Under the pieces are notes generated by a model. The model had not been told where the DNA came from. It saw nothing but the letters and a program-made list of their open reading frames with translations, and made no database searches. A stretch of 64,000 bases of DNA, taken from positions 1,914-65,913 of the forward strand of contig JAUCBJ010003020.1 of the NCBI GenBank assembly GCA_032718475.1, read 5' to 3'. Positions 39,129 to 53,087 of this stretch are shown one piece after another (the first letter of the stretch is position 1; each line of letters begins with the position of its first letter). A program made the translations under genes and the position numbers. Origin of the DNA: Nemertoderma westbladi. Its lineage: Eukaryota; Animalia; Xenacoelomorpha.

Positions 39129-40084
39129 AGCCGTATTCATTACGACGCTGTCAAAATAGACAAAGCTCACCGTATAATACCCCAATGGTTCTGTTTCATG
39201 GTTAAATTTACTTATGTAGCCTAGGTAGAAAAAAACATGAATTTTTAGTGCGATGTGCGAGTGAAAAACAATAAATAAATATATTGGATGTAACTATAAT
39301 CTCTATGATTCATCTCATTGAAATATTTACATACAATCAAAGGCTAAATAGACAAAGAACTGCAAATTGCTACTGATTGTGTGGGGCGCCCGCCCCGGTA
39401 TATATAAATATAAATTAAATAATTAATTAATTAACTAATAATTACAAGTGTGTTTGAACTTCAATTCAATATTGCTTTTGGAAATAGTGAGAAAACATGA
39501 AAGGAAAATCGATATTAATACACACAACCTAAATCACAACATAGCCTCCAAAAAAAAATAGTAGTAGATCTGATGCTGGTGTGATACCTAGTACTAACTT
39601 AGATAATGGCAATCAAATTAGATATAATTAATTATTATGCACCAATGTCTAAATTTGAAATTACAATAAACTACTATCTAAAATTATGTTAAATAAAATT
39701 ATAACTTCGATGCATGATGTACGATAAGTTCAAACTATTACACTAAAATATTAAATACTAAATTAAATATGTATTAAGTTATATATTTATTATTATCATT
39801 ATATGTAATATTAGGAATGGTGATATTTGAATGTCATAGTATAATGTTAATGATAAAGGCATGCCAGTTGTACAGAAATAATTTCTATTTGCGTAAAATA
39901 CGAATCCGGATTCGTACATTTACTCAATGTTGACGAAATGAAACTGTTTGTCTCATATAGAGTCTCATAAATTCAAACAGTTTGAAAACCAAACCATAGA
40001 ACACATCCCAATTAACCAAATTTCGTTTGCATTGGCCTATATTATAAGACCAGAATGCCACTGTCAGACAAATAAAATGAGAAA

Positions 40085-40922
40085 ATGTGGCCGATTGGGT
40101 TAGATATGTGGCCGATAGGGTTGGATCTGTGGCTGATTAAGTTGGATATGTGGCCGATTAGGTTGGATATGTGGCCGATTGGGTTGGATCTGTGGCCGAT
40201 TAGGTTGGATATGTGGCTGATTAAGTTGGATATGTGGCCGATTGGGTTGGATCTGTGGCCGATTAGGTTGGATATGTGGCCGATTAGGTTGGATATGTGG
40301 CCGATTAGGTTGGATATGTGGTCGATTTGGGTTGGATATGTGGCCGATGTGGGTTGGATCTGTGGCCGATTAGGTTGGATATGTGGCCGATTGGGTTGGA
40401 TCTGTGGCCGATTAGGTTGGATATGTGGCCGATTGGGTTGGATCTGTGGCCGATTAGGTTGGATATGTGGCCGATTAGGTTGGATATGTGGCCGATTAGG
40501 TTGGATATGTGGTCGATTTGGGTTGGATATGTGGCCGATGTGGGTTGGATCTGTGGCCGATTTCGGATGGATCTGTGGCCGATTGGATGGGATCTGTGGC
40601 CGATTTGGGTTGGATCTGTGGCCGATTGGGTTGGATATGTGGCCGATTGGATTGGATATGTGGCCGACTGGGTTGGATATATGGCCGATTGTGTTTGATA
40701 TGTGGCCGATTGGATGGGATCTGTGGCCGATTGGGTTGGATATATGGCCGATTGTGTTTGATATGTGGCCAATTGGATGGGATCTGTGGCCGATTGGGTT
40801 GGATATATGGCCGATTGTGTTTGATATGTGGCCGATTGGATGGGATCTGTGGCCGATTGGGTTGGATATATGGCCGATTGTGTTTGATATGTGGCCGATT
40901 GGATGAGATCTGTGGCCGATTG
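40085..40922. repeat. 21-bp minisatellite (~40 copies)
   Basis: Unit ATGTGGCCGATTGGGTTGGAT; 63-bp trimers toward the right end. Confidence 0.96.
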
Positions 40923-41695
40923 AGTTCGATCTCTGACGAGTAAAGGTAGAACAAGGATCTGTGTTTTACTCTAACTTATAATTTCTCACAAATAGTAAAA
41001 AAAAAACGAAAAATTATAAAGAATAATTAACATTATTATGATTAGGAACGTTTTTAATGGGTTGAAAAATATGAAGAGATCAATAATTAATTATGAATGG
41101 ATAATATAAATAACTCTTTATGACTAAAATAAAAACTACGCTACATATAATTGCCCAAATAATTCTAATATAATGGTCATGTTGGCTCCCATGCAATGGG
41201 AGCCTGAAAAGCACAAAATCACAAATAATATTACTCAACAACAACAATCGACAAGATAAAGCTGTGTGGTCCGTCAATAAATAGTTATAACTTTCCCTCA
41301 GTATTTCGAGAGAAGAGACACAGTAACTCGCGATATGTTACCGATTTTTGTTTTCAATTCAAAGTTATTAAATTTTATCATTTTGCGAAACACAGAAATG
41401 ATCGACTGCAAACTCATCGCATATGCGATTCGAGGATGCGAACTGGATCCTACAGGACAAATACGATACGGAAAACAACTCGGAAAAGTACAAGTGATGA
41501 GAGGAAGGCTGTATTTTATACCCTAGAAATTATTGGTCAAAAACCCGCTACAGTTTAGTAATTATGTTACTTATTACGGCATTCAAAAATGAATTCAATA
41601 TCATTAGCTATAGTCATAACCATTACTAGTTAATGACCCCCTTAATCGTAGCTTTACCTGTACTCAGTTACTTCCGGTGCCCAAAATGATTACCA

Positions 41696-44600
41696 TTAGC
41701 TACTTCCGGTGCCTTTCCCGACGTCGGGCGCGTAAACCCGCTCGCCAAACTCCTCGAACGTGGTCCGGTAGCGGTGCCCTTCCGCTATGCTGTCCAGATA
41801 CATGGCGCGGTCCTCGTAATGCCGGTACTTGCCGCCGCCGAGCGGGGCGCCCCCATCGTCAGGGGCGTACCGCGCCCATCGATTCGCGTTGATCGCAGTG
41901 GCGCGGACCAGCCCTGCCAACGACCGGCGGTCTACCACGGCCCCGTCGAACAAAGGCCCGAACCCGCTGCGGCCCCCATCGACCCCGCGCGCCTTCAGTA
42001 GGAGCTGCACCCGGTAGAGATTGCGACACCGGAGCGGGTAGATACCGATGATGACTCCCCCGTACTCGGTCGGAATGATACCGTGCCGGAAGTCCCGTCG
42101 ATGTTCCGACCACACGATGTGCACCTCGTCGTTACCTAGGTGACGCATCTTCAACGAGTTCTGTCTCACCGAGGGCATCCGCGTGGCCACGTGGAAGATG
42201 ACCTCCATACAGCTGGTCGCATAGTAGGGGGCGCGCGAACCGCAGCCGTGATTGGTCGGGAGTCCTCCGCGGAAACCCGCGTGATTGGCTAAATCGACGT
42301 CCCAACCCAGCCCCTCAATAAAGGCCTCGTAATCAGCTGAGCCGCTGCAGTTGTTAAGGATACTGGTTTTATCTTCCTGTCCATTGGCCACGTACAGCAC
42401 CGCTATTTTATGAGTCTCCCGACACGGCTGTTTGTCCAGATTCTTTAACTCCCTGTCCAGTTTATCATTGCGTCTCAGCAGATCGAAGGATCTCCGTTTC
42501 TCCCACGAAAGGAACCCCAATGTGTAGAGGATTTGGACACTCTGGTAGAACCGAGATTTTGGATTGGTGTAATTCGGCCTCAGACATTTACTATCGGCTC
42601 TACGATTCGCGTTACTTTCAGTTACGTAACGGAGCTCTGTGTTCTCCTGATCACGCATCCTCGACCCGATTCGATCAACCACTGAACCCGCCTCCCCGAG
42701 CACCGGCTGGTTCAGCGGCTGACCCGGCACTTGCAGACACTCGGGACTGCTGCTGCCTATGTAGTAGAGACTGTCGTCTAGGAGGTCAGATCCGTGGGGT
42801 CGGTTCGTCCTGGTTGGTAGACACTCCGGCGCCAAGTATACAAACTTCTCGGGAGAGCGACTTCGGACCCCGGATGCAGTAACGGAGCGACGGTTGTCTG
42901 CTGCAGCGCCATCTAGTGGGTCATCCACACCATCCTGCATGCAAGGCAGCCAGTACTCCCGACGGCTGGGCGGCCCGTACAGCATCGCGGTATCCCATAC
43001 GAACTTCCCGCCCACATTTCGGACTATAACGCGGCATTGGGTAGGCGCAGTGAGCAACCCGGCAGCCAGACCCCCACCCGGGATTTGTTCGTCCGTCGGG
43101 ATCTCCACGAAGGACATCAACGAGACGTCTGTGTCCTCCACGAACATCTGGAGGTCCCGGGAGAGGCTGACCGTGGCCGCTTCCGGGACCGCGTCCTCCA
43201 GATCGTGGTGCTCGCAGACCAACGAGGTCAAACAGGAGGCGCCGCTCCCCAGCGGGAACTGGCCGTGGTGGTTGACCAAATGGTGGATGGCGTCAACGGC
43301 TGAGAGGGCGACGACCCCGTGAGTGGGCGAGTAGACCGCGTCCACGGTGGACATAGTGCTCGGGATGGATCGGTTCGGTTCGCCAGCTCGGCTCGTCGGC
43401 GTATCCGAATCCGGCGACGATATCGGAGACGAAAAGTCAGACTTATTGCCGTTTATATTGAAAACCGACGGTCTTCCAATTGCCCCTGAATATGGGCCAA
43501 CAGTCGCAGCGTAGCGAAGCGATTTAAAGACCAGCGTGATGTAGGGAATACCGAGACGAACGCAAATAGACAATAATAGTTTAGTCGGCAGACACATAGA
43601 CCACTCCAAGAGACACCGAATTAGAGATACAACTAATCTTCGCAACTCTTCATCCTCTGGAGATGTGGAACTCCCCTGGGTGCTCGGCACAAGAGTCGTG
43701 ATAACCCCGCAGACTTTCTCAATGATAAACATAGGGATTGTAGGGAAACTCGTTAACAGCACGGTGGAATGGTCCCCAAACAAACACAGAGTGTCGCACA
43801 CTGCATGCACCACGCATAAATTCTCCGAACTCAAACACGATACCAGCGCGTCTATAGTCTGGATAACCAGACTGCTATGATCATGAGTTCCTTCATCGTG
43901 TTGACTCAACTCGCCATAAACATAGACCCCCAAGCAGTGAATAGACAAACATCTTGAGACAGTTGAAATCGCGTCAACAGCCATTAGATTTTGTGTTAAA
44001 AGAGGCATAACTAGCCTATCGGAGAGGTCATCAACATTAACCGAATCGCAGGATAACGAAGCTTTCAAACTCGTTAATCTGCCGCCGTAGTGGCGTTGGA
44101 ATGGAAGCAACGAGCCGAGGCAGGCCACAGCCTCGCAGACTGGGGCCGGAGTCGCAAAACTTTCGCTAGAGGATATTACTAAAGAAGCGGCGTGTACGTA
44201 GGGAAGGATGAGCGCAGAGAGTCCATGGTGGGGTAAACTGAAGAAGCGAGAACCGCTGTGGCGGATGATAATGTCAGAAACGTCACGGTCAGCAGATACG
44301 AGGCCTCGATGGAACGTGAGAACCAGCATGGTGAGATGGTCCGGGGGGATGAGCGGTTGGTTAATAACGAAGGAGCACAACATCTGGTAGGCTATCAGTC
44401 GGCCTTCGCGGTGGCATTCTAGCGCCGATGCCGTCGACTCAAATAGCCACGGAGTCATATAAAGTAACGGAGGAGGATTCATGGCGCCAATGGGTTGATC
44501 ATTGGGCTGCTCATTGGTGATTTTGATTAAACTATCGTAGACTCTACGCAGGTGGGTATAGACATCGGTATGTGTCTTGCCATCTGTAATGCGATTCACA

Positions 44601-46428
44601 TTTCCCAGAATCCCCAACATACGTTGCCATAACAACACCGCAACTCTTTTATGCCAACCAACCAAATTACCTCCGAGAATGACGGGTAACTTCTTGTTAC
44701 TGACAGCTGCGACGATATCATTGCCAGGTGCCGTAACTTGAGTATCCGAGCTTTGTTCTCTGTTACAGAGATTAGTGGCAACGGGATCTTCAATTAGTAA
44801 GTCATCCTCTGATACAATTCGTTCCACATTGGATGCTATTAAATCTAAGGCTTCAAGCGTTGGATCGCATGTTGGGATAGAAACTTCCTCATTTACAACC
44901 GAATTCCCTCCACTCATCGCAATCACATGGTCAGGTAAAGCCAACTGCGTTGTTGGAGGGGTGGGAACTTCGTTGGGAATTGCCGTAGAAGAATCATTAG
45001 TTGGCGACATCATAGGACTTAAATCCATTGAAGACATAGAGAGAAAGACCTCGTCTCCGCTAAAGAGCAGCTTATCGATCTCGGGCGCACCACCACCAAC
45101 CACACTGTCGGGACGACGTATTCCACCGCTAGCAGACGGTGTATCATCCGAGGACCGAAGTCTAATCAGGTCGGATGTAACCGAACTAAAAGATGAATTA
45201 GTTCCCGAAGATGCAGAAACATCAGCGCAGTGAGTTGTAGAACGTCGGGAATTTAATCTCTGCTTGAAAACTGCTAATTCTTTGAGAGTTTCCTTTCTGG
45301 CTGACGGCGGTTGAATTTCTATGGGAGGGGAATCAAAAGAAGTTGAACTGAGTTCCGAGTCGAGAGTGTTGGTTCTGTAGGGTTTGGTGACCCCCTCGAT
45401 ATCGTAGCTCTCTTCTGATAGGTTGGAAGGTTGACGGGGAGTGGCGGGGGAACCGTGAGGTCTGTGTGTCTGTACCGGAGGGGAGGAGGGTTGGGTGGGG
45501 GTGGATGGGTGCGAGGGGGCGCCTGGGTGGGAGGGAGCGCCTGGGTGGGAGGGAGCGGCTGGCTGGACAGGGGCAACCGGGTTGGAGGGATCCGTGGGTG
45601 ACCCAGTCAACGTCGAACTGCGCTCTCTGCCGACGACCTGGTGTCTATCCTCCCGCCTGCGTGGATGTTCCGACGACTGTCTGGTAGTGGCGGTTCCCGC
45701 GCGGATCCTGTGATGCTCCCCAATACGCGCCGAAGCCAACTTGCTCAGATCGACGCCGTAAACCAACTTAGCCAATATCTCGGTTAGAGTCAACATCGTT
45801 TTAGACCATTCGGAGATCAACTCGTTCCAATGAGTGGACGAAGATAACGCATCCAGTAACTCAGACCATAAAGCTAACGGAATGGGAACTATTAGAGAGG
45901 CTTTAACCCAAGTTACTACTAGAGTTTGGAACCAGTGAGCAGACAAAGCTTTAGCGAGTTTGTACATTGCGGAGGGGCCAGGACGGCAATGGAAGATAAC
46001 CTTTGTGATCTTTAGTAGAACTCGAAGAAGTTGGTCCCACGTGGCTTCGGTCATCTTGGCCTTATTGGTGACGATGTGGCGGTACATGTTGACTACCCGT
46101 TTACAGGTATCGATCTGGTCGGCGAGTTGTTTGGCCCCGATGGGTAGGGGTTCTAGGAGCAGCAGATTGGCGGAGTTTGTAACGAACAGCTGGATGGTGG
46201 ACTGCATCCCGGCCGCGACCGAGGCACCTGGGTGGTCCGTAGAGCAGACGGCGCGGAGGTAGGATCGGTTGCGGACCCGGGGAGGGGCCTCCGGCGTGTA
46301 GAAGGTGGACCTCGCTTGGGGGACGTCAGACTCCTCCGTTTCAATGTCTCCCGCTTCAGTAATGTTTTGTAAATGTTGGATATCGGCGTGTGACAACGCT
46401 ACCGATTTGTCCACGCTGTCCTCCCAAC
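41696..46428 (-). CDS. RALGAPA: Ral GTPase-activating protein alpha subunit, coding exon 2 (4733 nt) with C-terminal Rap/Ran-GAP domain
   Basis: Acceptor tttttatAG|GT, phase 1. IQLFVTNSANLLLL, FQTLVVTWVKA, LWQRMLGILGNVN, ELKNLDKQPCRETHKIAVLYVANGQEDK, EVIFHVATRMP, RHLGNDEVHIVWSEH, FGPLFDGAVV, LVRATAINA. Confidence 0.96.
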
Positions 46429-47128
46429 CTATAAAAAAACAAAAAGTTACAACAACAAAAACGAATACTAATTACATGTGAGGCTAAAACAAAACTTAGT
46501 TCAACAATTTACCGAGAGAGGTCTTTATATTTATTTTAATTTCTATTTTTATTTACTGTAAAAAACTTCCGAAAACAAAAATATATATATTTTTTCCATT
46601 TTAAAGAAATGTTCTCTCATGTCTAATTTCGTTCAAAAAATTAAACAATAAAAACGATTTTCACGATTATACAGTGTGTTTGCTTGATTACCTAGAGAAA
46701 ACGACCGAAGGGGTTGAATGTTAAACATCGATATTCACTAGATAGTCCGCCTTGTCTTTACAACTTTGCGTCGGGGTCGTAATTTAAGCATGTATTATTT
46801 TGTTTCTGCATACCATTTAAAACCCACCGTCATTAAACCAAAACATATAATAATCTATCTCTCTATCCTAATCATAACACTAACAGGCAATTCAAATCAA
46901 TGATGTTCTTTTGATGTTTGCTAAATTGCAAACCTCAAACACCAACCCACCCGACTATAAATATACAGGACGACTGGTTAAGTATGGCATATTGCGTACA
47001 TTAATGTAATATCAGTGATTAGAAAATCGATTTTACTCTATGATACTGACGCGACACCGTTTGCTGTGTGGGATTTAATGTACACGATACAAGTCGCTCT
47101 ACAACATATGTGATGATATACATTTAAC

Positions 47129-48217
47129 GGTGTGCGGAAACTCCCCCCCCCCCCCCCCCCCCGGGACACTTCCCCCCCCTGGACAGTTCCCCCCCCGTTC
47201 AAGTAGGACACTTCCCCCCCAGACACTTCCTCCCCGGACACTCCCCCCACCCCCCCCCCCCCCCGACTGTTCTTAACTTCGCACATTCTTATTTTTCATT
47301 TTGTAAGGTAAACGGACCGCTTGTATCCAGACAAGTTGTATCCAATTTTCCTTTCTTAGCTCAGAAAGTGATCTTTTGCATCCCGATTTTACATTTTGTA
47401 TCCAAGTTTTATTTATTGGTTTTATCAATGCAATTACATTGTATTGTTTGCTAACCTTTAAACAATTAATTAGAAGACCTATAAATTCCATCCCCCGAAT
47501 GATATACTGTTTTTATTAACTATATAATTATAATAATTAATTGTTTTAATTATAGGTATTATTATGTAATAGTCTTTCTTCTTCAAATTGTAGCAGATGG
47601 GGATGAATATTATTGTTGCAATCAAAACTATACCTGTCCAGGGTAAAATCGACATGCGTCTACCTGTATTATGTGTTCAGCATTACATATTGATATACAT
47701 ATTACTACCCTTCATATAGATATTATCCACACTACATATTAAATTTCCTGGTTACTTGCAATATTTTTAAAAGGATTTTGTCGAATTATATAATATTGTA
47801 GTAATTTATATATTAATTTGGTTAACATTCAATACAGCTCCTACTTTAGGCTTAGTCAATTTATTATCTGATGATACAAACATGAATTGATTATTTCAAA
47901 ATGGTCTCAAAGTTTTTCACCACGGGCACACAGGGATTGCCGGGGTTTGGGGACGGCATCCCCCAGCCAAAGAAGTGGGGGTTTGGGGGCGGCAGCCCCC
48001 AATTAAAAGAAAAACAAACAAAATTTTAATATAAAAATGTTTCTTTTATAATTTTGAAAAAACTTGACTAGATAGGCCTACAACTTGTCCTGTAACAATC
48101 TTTAACTTTTGTTTATTGCTTTGGTGCACCCAGATTAATTTGAAATGTCCCGGAAATGGCCGGGGGAAGTGTACTTGGGCGGGGTGGAACTGTCCGGGGG
48201 GGAAGTGTCCTAGATCC
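47129..48217. mobile_element. Non-autonomous Mutator-like (MULE) element in the RALGAPA intron
   Basis: Exact 9-bp TSD ACATTTAAC (47120-47128, 48218-48226); imperfect TIRs built of GGACACTTCCCCC subrepeats. Confidence 0.85.
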
Positions 48218-48228
48218 ACATTTAACAA

Positions 48229-48321
48229 CTGCCCTGCCCTGCCCTGCCCTGCCCTGCCCTGCCCTGCCCTGCCCTGCCCTGCCCTGCCCTGCCCTGCCCT
48301 GCCCTGCCTTGCCTTGCCTTG
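48229..48321. repeat. (CTGCC)n pentanucleotide microsatellite
   Basis: About 18 copies starting 2 nt after the MULE TSD, followed by a short inverted copy CAGGGCAGGGCA. Confidence 0.95.
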
Positions 48322-49882
48322 CAGGGCAGGGCACAATATATCCGTAACTTGTTGATGTGTTTATAACCTGCTGTGGCTAAGTTGCCACTCGGTTTACATT
48401 ATAAATGTTTGTTTCCTAGTCAGTAGTAGGTTTGGTAACAGTTGTTCATTAGAAGGGCGGATACAAATTCATCAAACTAATTAATCAGGATATACCGATA
48501 GCCCCACCAAGAATATGGAACTTGTTGGAATGTTGGCAATAATAATTAGCGTTCTTGAATGAATAATAATGACACTGATAAACAAGGGAAATTTGTTGAA
48601 GAAAACAACCCCAATCAATAGTATACGAATATTTGATATCAATATAAACGCGATAAGGATCGACTTCGACGCAAAACAAAGTTATTGCAAGAAACAAAAT
48701 AGTTTGCTAGTAAGAGTGCTTTGAAATATCCTTTGCTTGTATTTAAATATTGCACTAATTATGTTTTTGCGTCATCCTTATACAGTTTATAAATTATAAG
48801 CAGATGGATGTTATCTCTCTTAAATCTAGTAAGAATATTTGTAACGATCCATAATGTAAGTCTGCATGGCTACATGCATAAGTAAAGTTATCGGTGAACG
48901 TGTGCAACACGAAAGACCGGAGCAACCCGAAGGCTCCTCTCTCTTGGCTGTTACCTAAAAGGCAGGAAGGGCGCCACACTGACTCCCAATTATGTAAACC
49001 CCGTAACTACTCAACCCTTTTCTATATTATATAGATGCACTACGGTTAAGGTATAAACCTGAACATTTTCCAAGAGTGCGGAAGTGGAACCCTAAAGATT
49101 TTGATTACTCTATGGGGGGAGACCAAATTCAAATAAAAAATACCTGATGACGCAAAGTCACGGCGGACCTCCTGTCATCCTGACTAATAGCGCAATCAAT
49201 TATGCCATGAGTTGCCCAATTAAAACAGGCCGAAAGCCCGCGGGAAATCTGTAATTACCCTATAATTAGCTGTAAATGGTAGGGATAGCTGGGTTGATGA
49301 CCGCCACACCAAATTTTAGACCATGTCATTGACCTTTCATACGCCTCGGATCATGTCTATTATACCTGGATAGACTCCAATTAATATTTACAATGTAGTT
49401 GTAGTTCATATACTTTACATCTCCAATTATTTATCGATGTTTTTTTAACATTGTATACACTATACAGTATACGCTATTATTTTATTAAATTCTTTAAAGT
49501 TATACAACCAACGGTAAATACACCTCACCACAAACAACAACATCTACGCCAATATATAGGCGCATATTTACAATTGTACTTAAATGGGCATGTTAATCGA
49601 AATATAGAAAATAATAAAAAAATTTGCCCAAATATAGTAAGATCTAACTGATGGGTTATATTAAATTATACAGTAGTAAGTTAGGTCTCAAAATTGCTGA
49701 ATTGTAAATATTGAGACAATATTCTATTCAGTAGTAAGATAATTTAATGTATGTAATAACAGGCTCCTGTATTAATGTATACAAAATTGTTATAAATATA
49801 TTAATTAAAAAATAAATAAATATCTAACCAAGAGAATAACTATTTACGGCTCCATAACGTCTGCCTAACTATGTAACACGTT

Positions 49883-51018
49883 GAGGGACCTTCGCGCAGC
49901 ACGAGATCCTATATAAGAAAGTGTACTGATCTCTATTAGATATACGAAAATTCCTAAAATATCAATGAGTGATGCTTTCAGTTTGCCTTAAACTGCAAAC
50001 TGGTTGTAAAAAACATATATCCATTCCAGTTTGCACTTACACGCTTTATCTGTCATTTGTAAACCTTCTAACTAGGGCTATCTAAGTTAAGTATGACATT
50101 TTTTAGTTATACACTTCATTAGCCTCGTTGCGCTCGTCCTGTTTTGTCTCAAAAATCTTTTCATAAGTACGCAGACTGACAACCTTTATAACTACCGGTA
50201 TGCAAAGTCTCGAAACTGTGCTGGGGGAGTAACTGCTGATTCATGGCATATGGATACTCGTATCCACTGTAAAACTCGTTGCATTCGTCCTGTACTACCT
50301 GGTCAGTGGTCACCAAATATATACGTTACAACATTCCATTGGCAATATTGGATAATAAAACATATCATCCAAGGGATTATCCGGTTTGGGGGCCTCCAAA
50401 ACCTGGCAGGTTAGTAAAGGAGCAGGTTACAGAGGCGAATTGAAAGGAACCAAAACAATAAACGTGGGGAATGTTGTAGAATAGAAAACCAAATTTAAAA
50501 ACAAATTTAATTGAGAATCAACAGTCAGATGTATAGACCTACCGGAACTCTAAATAGACTGGAGGCCCCCAAACAGGATAGATAGACTGGCTCATCCAAT
50601 GTGCCAAACCATGTGGTATACTAGTATTGTCAAAACAATACCCGTTATTAGGAGTATAGTCAACACAGACTCGTCTTCATTAGAACCATCGCTTCACTCG
50701 TCCTGTACATCTGGCACCAAATAACTAACATAAAACATTCCACCACCGTTACTGATCAAAGTTTACAAGTATAGTCAGCACAATACTCGTCTCCTTCATT
50801 AGCCTCGTTACGCTCGTCCCGTAGGCCCCACGAGAATTCTACTGGGAAAATATATAAACTTTTGCCAAACAACATGTGTACCAAGATTGGTTAGATTTCA
50901 TCGAGGATTGGCTGAGTTATTAACGTTCACAAACACGGACCTACAGAACGACAGACACACCGATTGAGTTAGTGGTACCCGTATGATAAGCTCGATTACT
51001 TTCGTGGCTCGCCCCACA
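49883..51018 (+). mobile_element. Longer Helentron/DINE-like element containing a nested ~200-bp MITE (50378-50580)
   Basis: Same 5' motif as 30423; recurring CTTCATTAGCCTCGTT.CGCTCGTCC; nested TIR TATCCGGTTTGGGGGCCTCCA / TGGAGGCCCCCAAACAGGATA. Confidence 0.55.
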
Positions 51019-51020
51019 GA

Positions 51021-52211
51021 TATAATAATAAACAATAATAATGATAATAATTTTATTTATAACCCGCCTATACAATAATAGCTCTAGGCGCACAGACTAT
51101 GAAATAAGTAGAGTTCTAAAAATTCCAAATTATACAAATACAATGTAATATTAATTAATTAAGTAGAATTTAAAATCAGCAATATATAGTATAGTTATAA
51201 GTAAAAGTTACAAGTAAAATATCTAAAATTCCAGCAAATAATTAAGTAGAGTTTAAAATAGGCAATATTAAAATCGAAAGTGAAAGTTAATGCAATACTT
51301 ATTTAAAAAAGTAGAGTTTAAAATCAGCAAGTAAAATCTAAGTAACAGTTCTAAAAATCCCAAATATACAATATTTTTAAATCGCTTCAAATCGGCAATA
51401 GTTAAGTCAATCACCATACTCGGCCTTAAAATAAAAAGTCTTCAAGTTACTCTTAAAGATGTCAAGACTGGAGGAGTTTCTAATAGAATAGGGTAACGCA
51501 TTCCACACTAACGGGGCAGCTACAGCGAAGGAACGGCGACCATAAGTTTTAGTGTTGTAGTTAGGTACTGCCAAAGCAGCATGTTAGTGGAGCGCAGATT
51601 GCGTGTGGGATGGCAAATATTTCCTAATCCGCGAAAGGTTGCGAATGTGGTAGAATGACTCCTTAACTACGTGAGCTATTTGTTTATCCATCATCAGGTG
51701 TTCACCCTCAATAAAACCAATACTCCTGGCTGATTTAGTACTTTCCACCATTTTCCTCCGATTAGCAGCTTTTGAGCAGGCAGTTGATCAGCAAAACGCG
51801 ATTGCATTAGGACCATCTCTGTCTTACCGTGATTCATTTTCATAAAATGCTTATTCATCCAATTTTTAATATCAGCAATGCAATCTGCACTAACATTTAT
51901 GGCCTCCGAAACCTCACTACGTTTAAATGAAACATATCGCTGAGTATCATCAGCGTACAAGTGATATTTTAGACCATGTCGCCGAATTACGTTGGAAAGG
52001 GAACGCGTATATAGTGAAAATAATAATGGCCCAAGAACAGAACCCTGTGGAACTCCATATTTCAAATACTTTTTATGTGAATATCTATCTCCAATAAGTG
52101 CTCGATAAGAGCGCTCACTAAGGTAAGAGCGAAACCAATTTAATGCATTCCCAGTTACACCAACATTATGCTCTAGAATTTGTAGTAGTATGGATGGAAT
52201 GATCAATGGTC
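51021..52211 (-). mobile_element. 5'-truncated L2/CR1-group LINE
   Basis: ALNWFRSYLSER, GVPQGSVLGPLLFSLYT, HLYADDTQ; 3' RSFAVAAPLVWNALP and FKSNLKTF; (ATT)-rich tail near 51021-51060. Confidence 0.88.
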
Positions 52212-52303
52212 CAGATACACCGATTGAGTTAGTGGTACCCGTATGATAAGCTCGCTTACTTTCGTGGCTTGCCACACATAGTGACATAACCACACCACAA
52301 TGC

Positions 52304-52614
52304 AACTACTACTAGAGTAACTACTACTAGAGTAACTACTACTAGAGTAACTACTACTAGAGTAACTACTACTAGAGTAACTAATACTATAGTAACTACT
52401 ACTAGAATAACTACTACTAGAGTAACTACTACTAGAGTAACTACTACTAGAGTAACTACTACTAGAGTAACTAATACTAGAGTAACTACTACTAGAGTAA
52501 CTACTACTAGAGTAACTACTACTAGAGTAACTACTACTAGAGTAACTACTACTAGAGTAACTACTACTAGAGTAACTAATACTAGAGTAACTACTACTAG
52601 AGTAACTACTACTA
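52304..52614. repeat. 15-bp minisatellite (~20 copies)
   Basis: Unit AACTACTACTAGAGT. Confidence 0.95.
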
Positions 52615-53087
52615 ACAGTAAAGAACTACCGGTACTGACTGGTTGCAACATATTATTAAGCAACAATTAAATTATTATACTGAACAGTATGTAGACCCAA
52701 AATTCATAGACTTACTACTGTCTGGAGAACATGAGCACCTAAAGTTAATCCAATAATTACTAGTTCGGATAATTCAAACCCAATGTTGCGAAATTCGGTT
52801 CTATTATATTTTTTTATGCCCAGGGATTTTTACCTGCTATGGTTTAATTACCATTTTTTCTTCTGCCGTCATAAAGTTAATAAAGAGGTGCCTGACAAGA
52901 CAATAAATATTATCTGTATAATATTATTATTGTTGAAGATAGACCTAAATACAGACACCCACTCTCTTGGCCTTATAATTTTTCAGAATTTTAGCTCACC
53001 TGGAATGATTCTAATAAAAAATTATTTGGTGGAAAATATTATTCTATAAAAAAACACAAGAAAACATATAAGCAATCAAGGTCTCAC

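Noticed and set aside
34562-39224. Long ORFs of repeated AKYRNLTRLSKKQSV or FLYLATLCFLLNRV
   Set aside because: A 42-bp unit without stops gives open frames on both strands; frames break at indels and there is no unique domain.
41774-46344. Many overlapping ORFs within RALGAPA, KAT7 and CDK10 exons
   Set aside because: Shadow frames of GC-rich coding sequence with no recognisable motifs.
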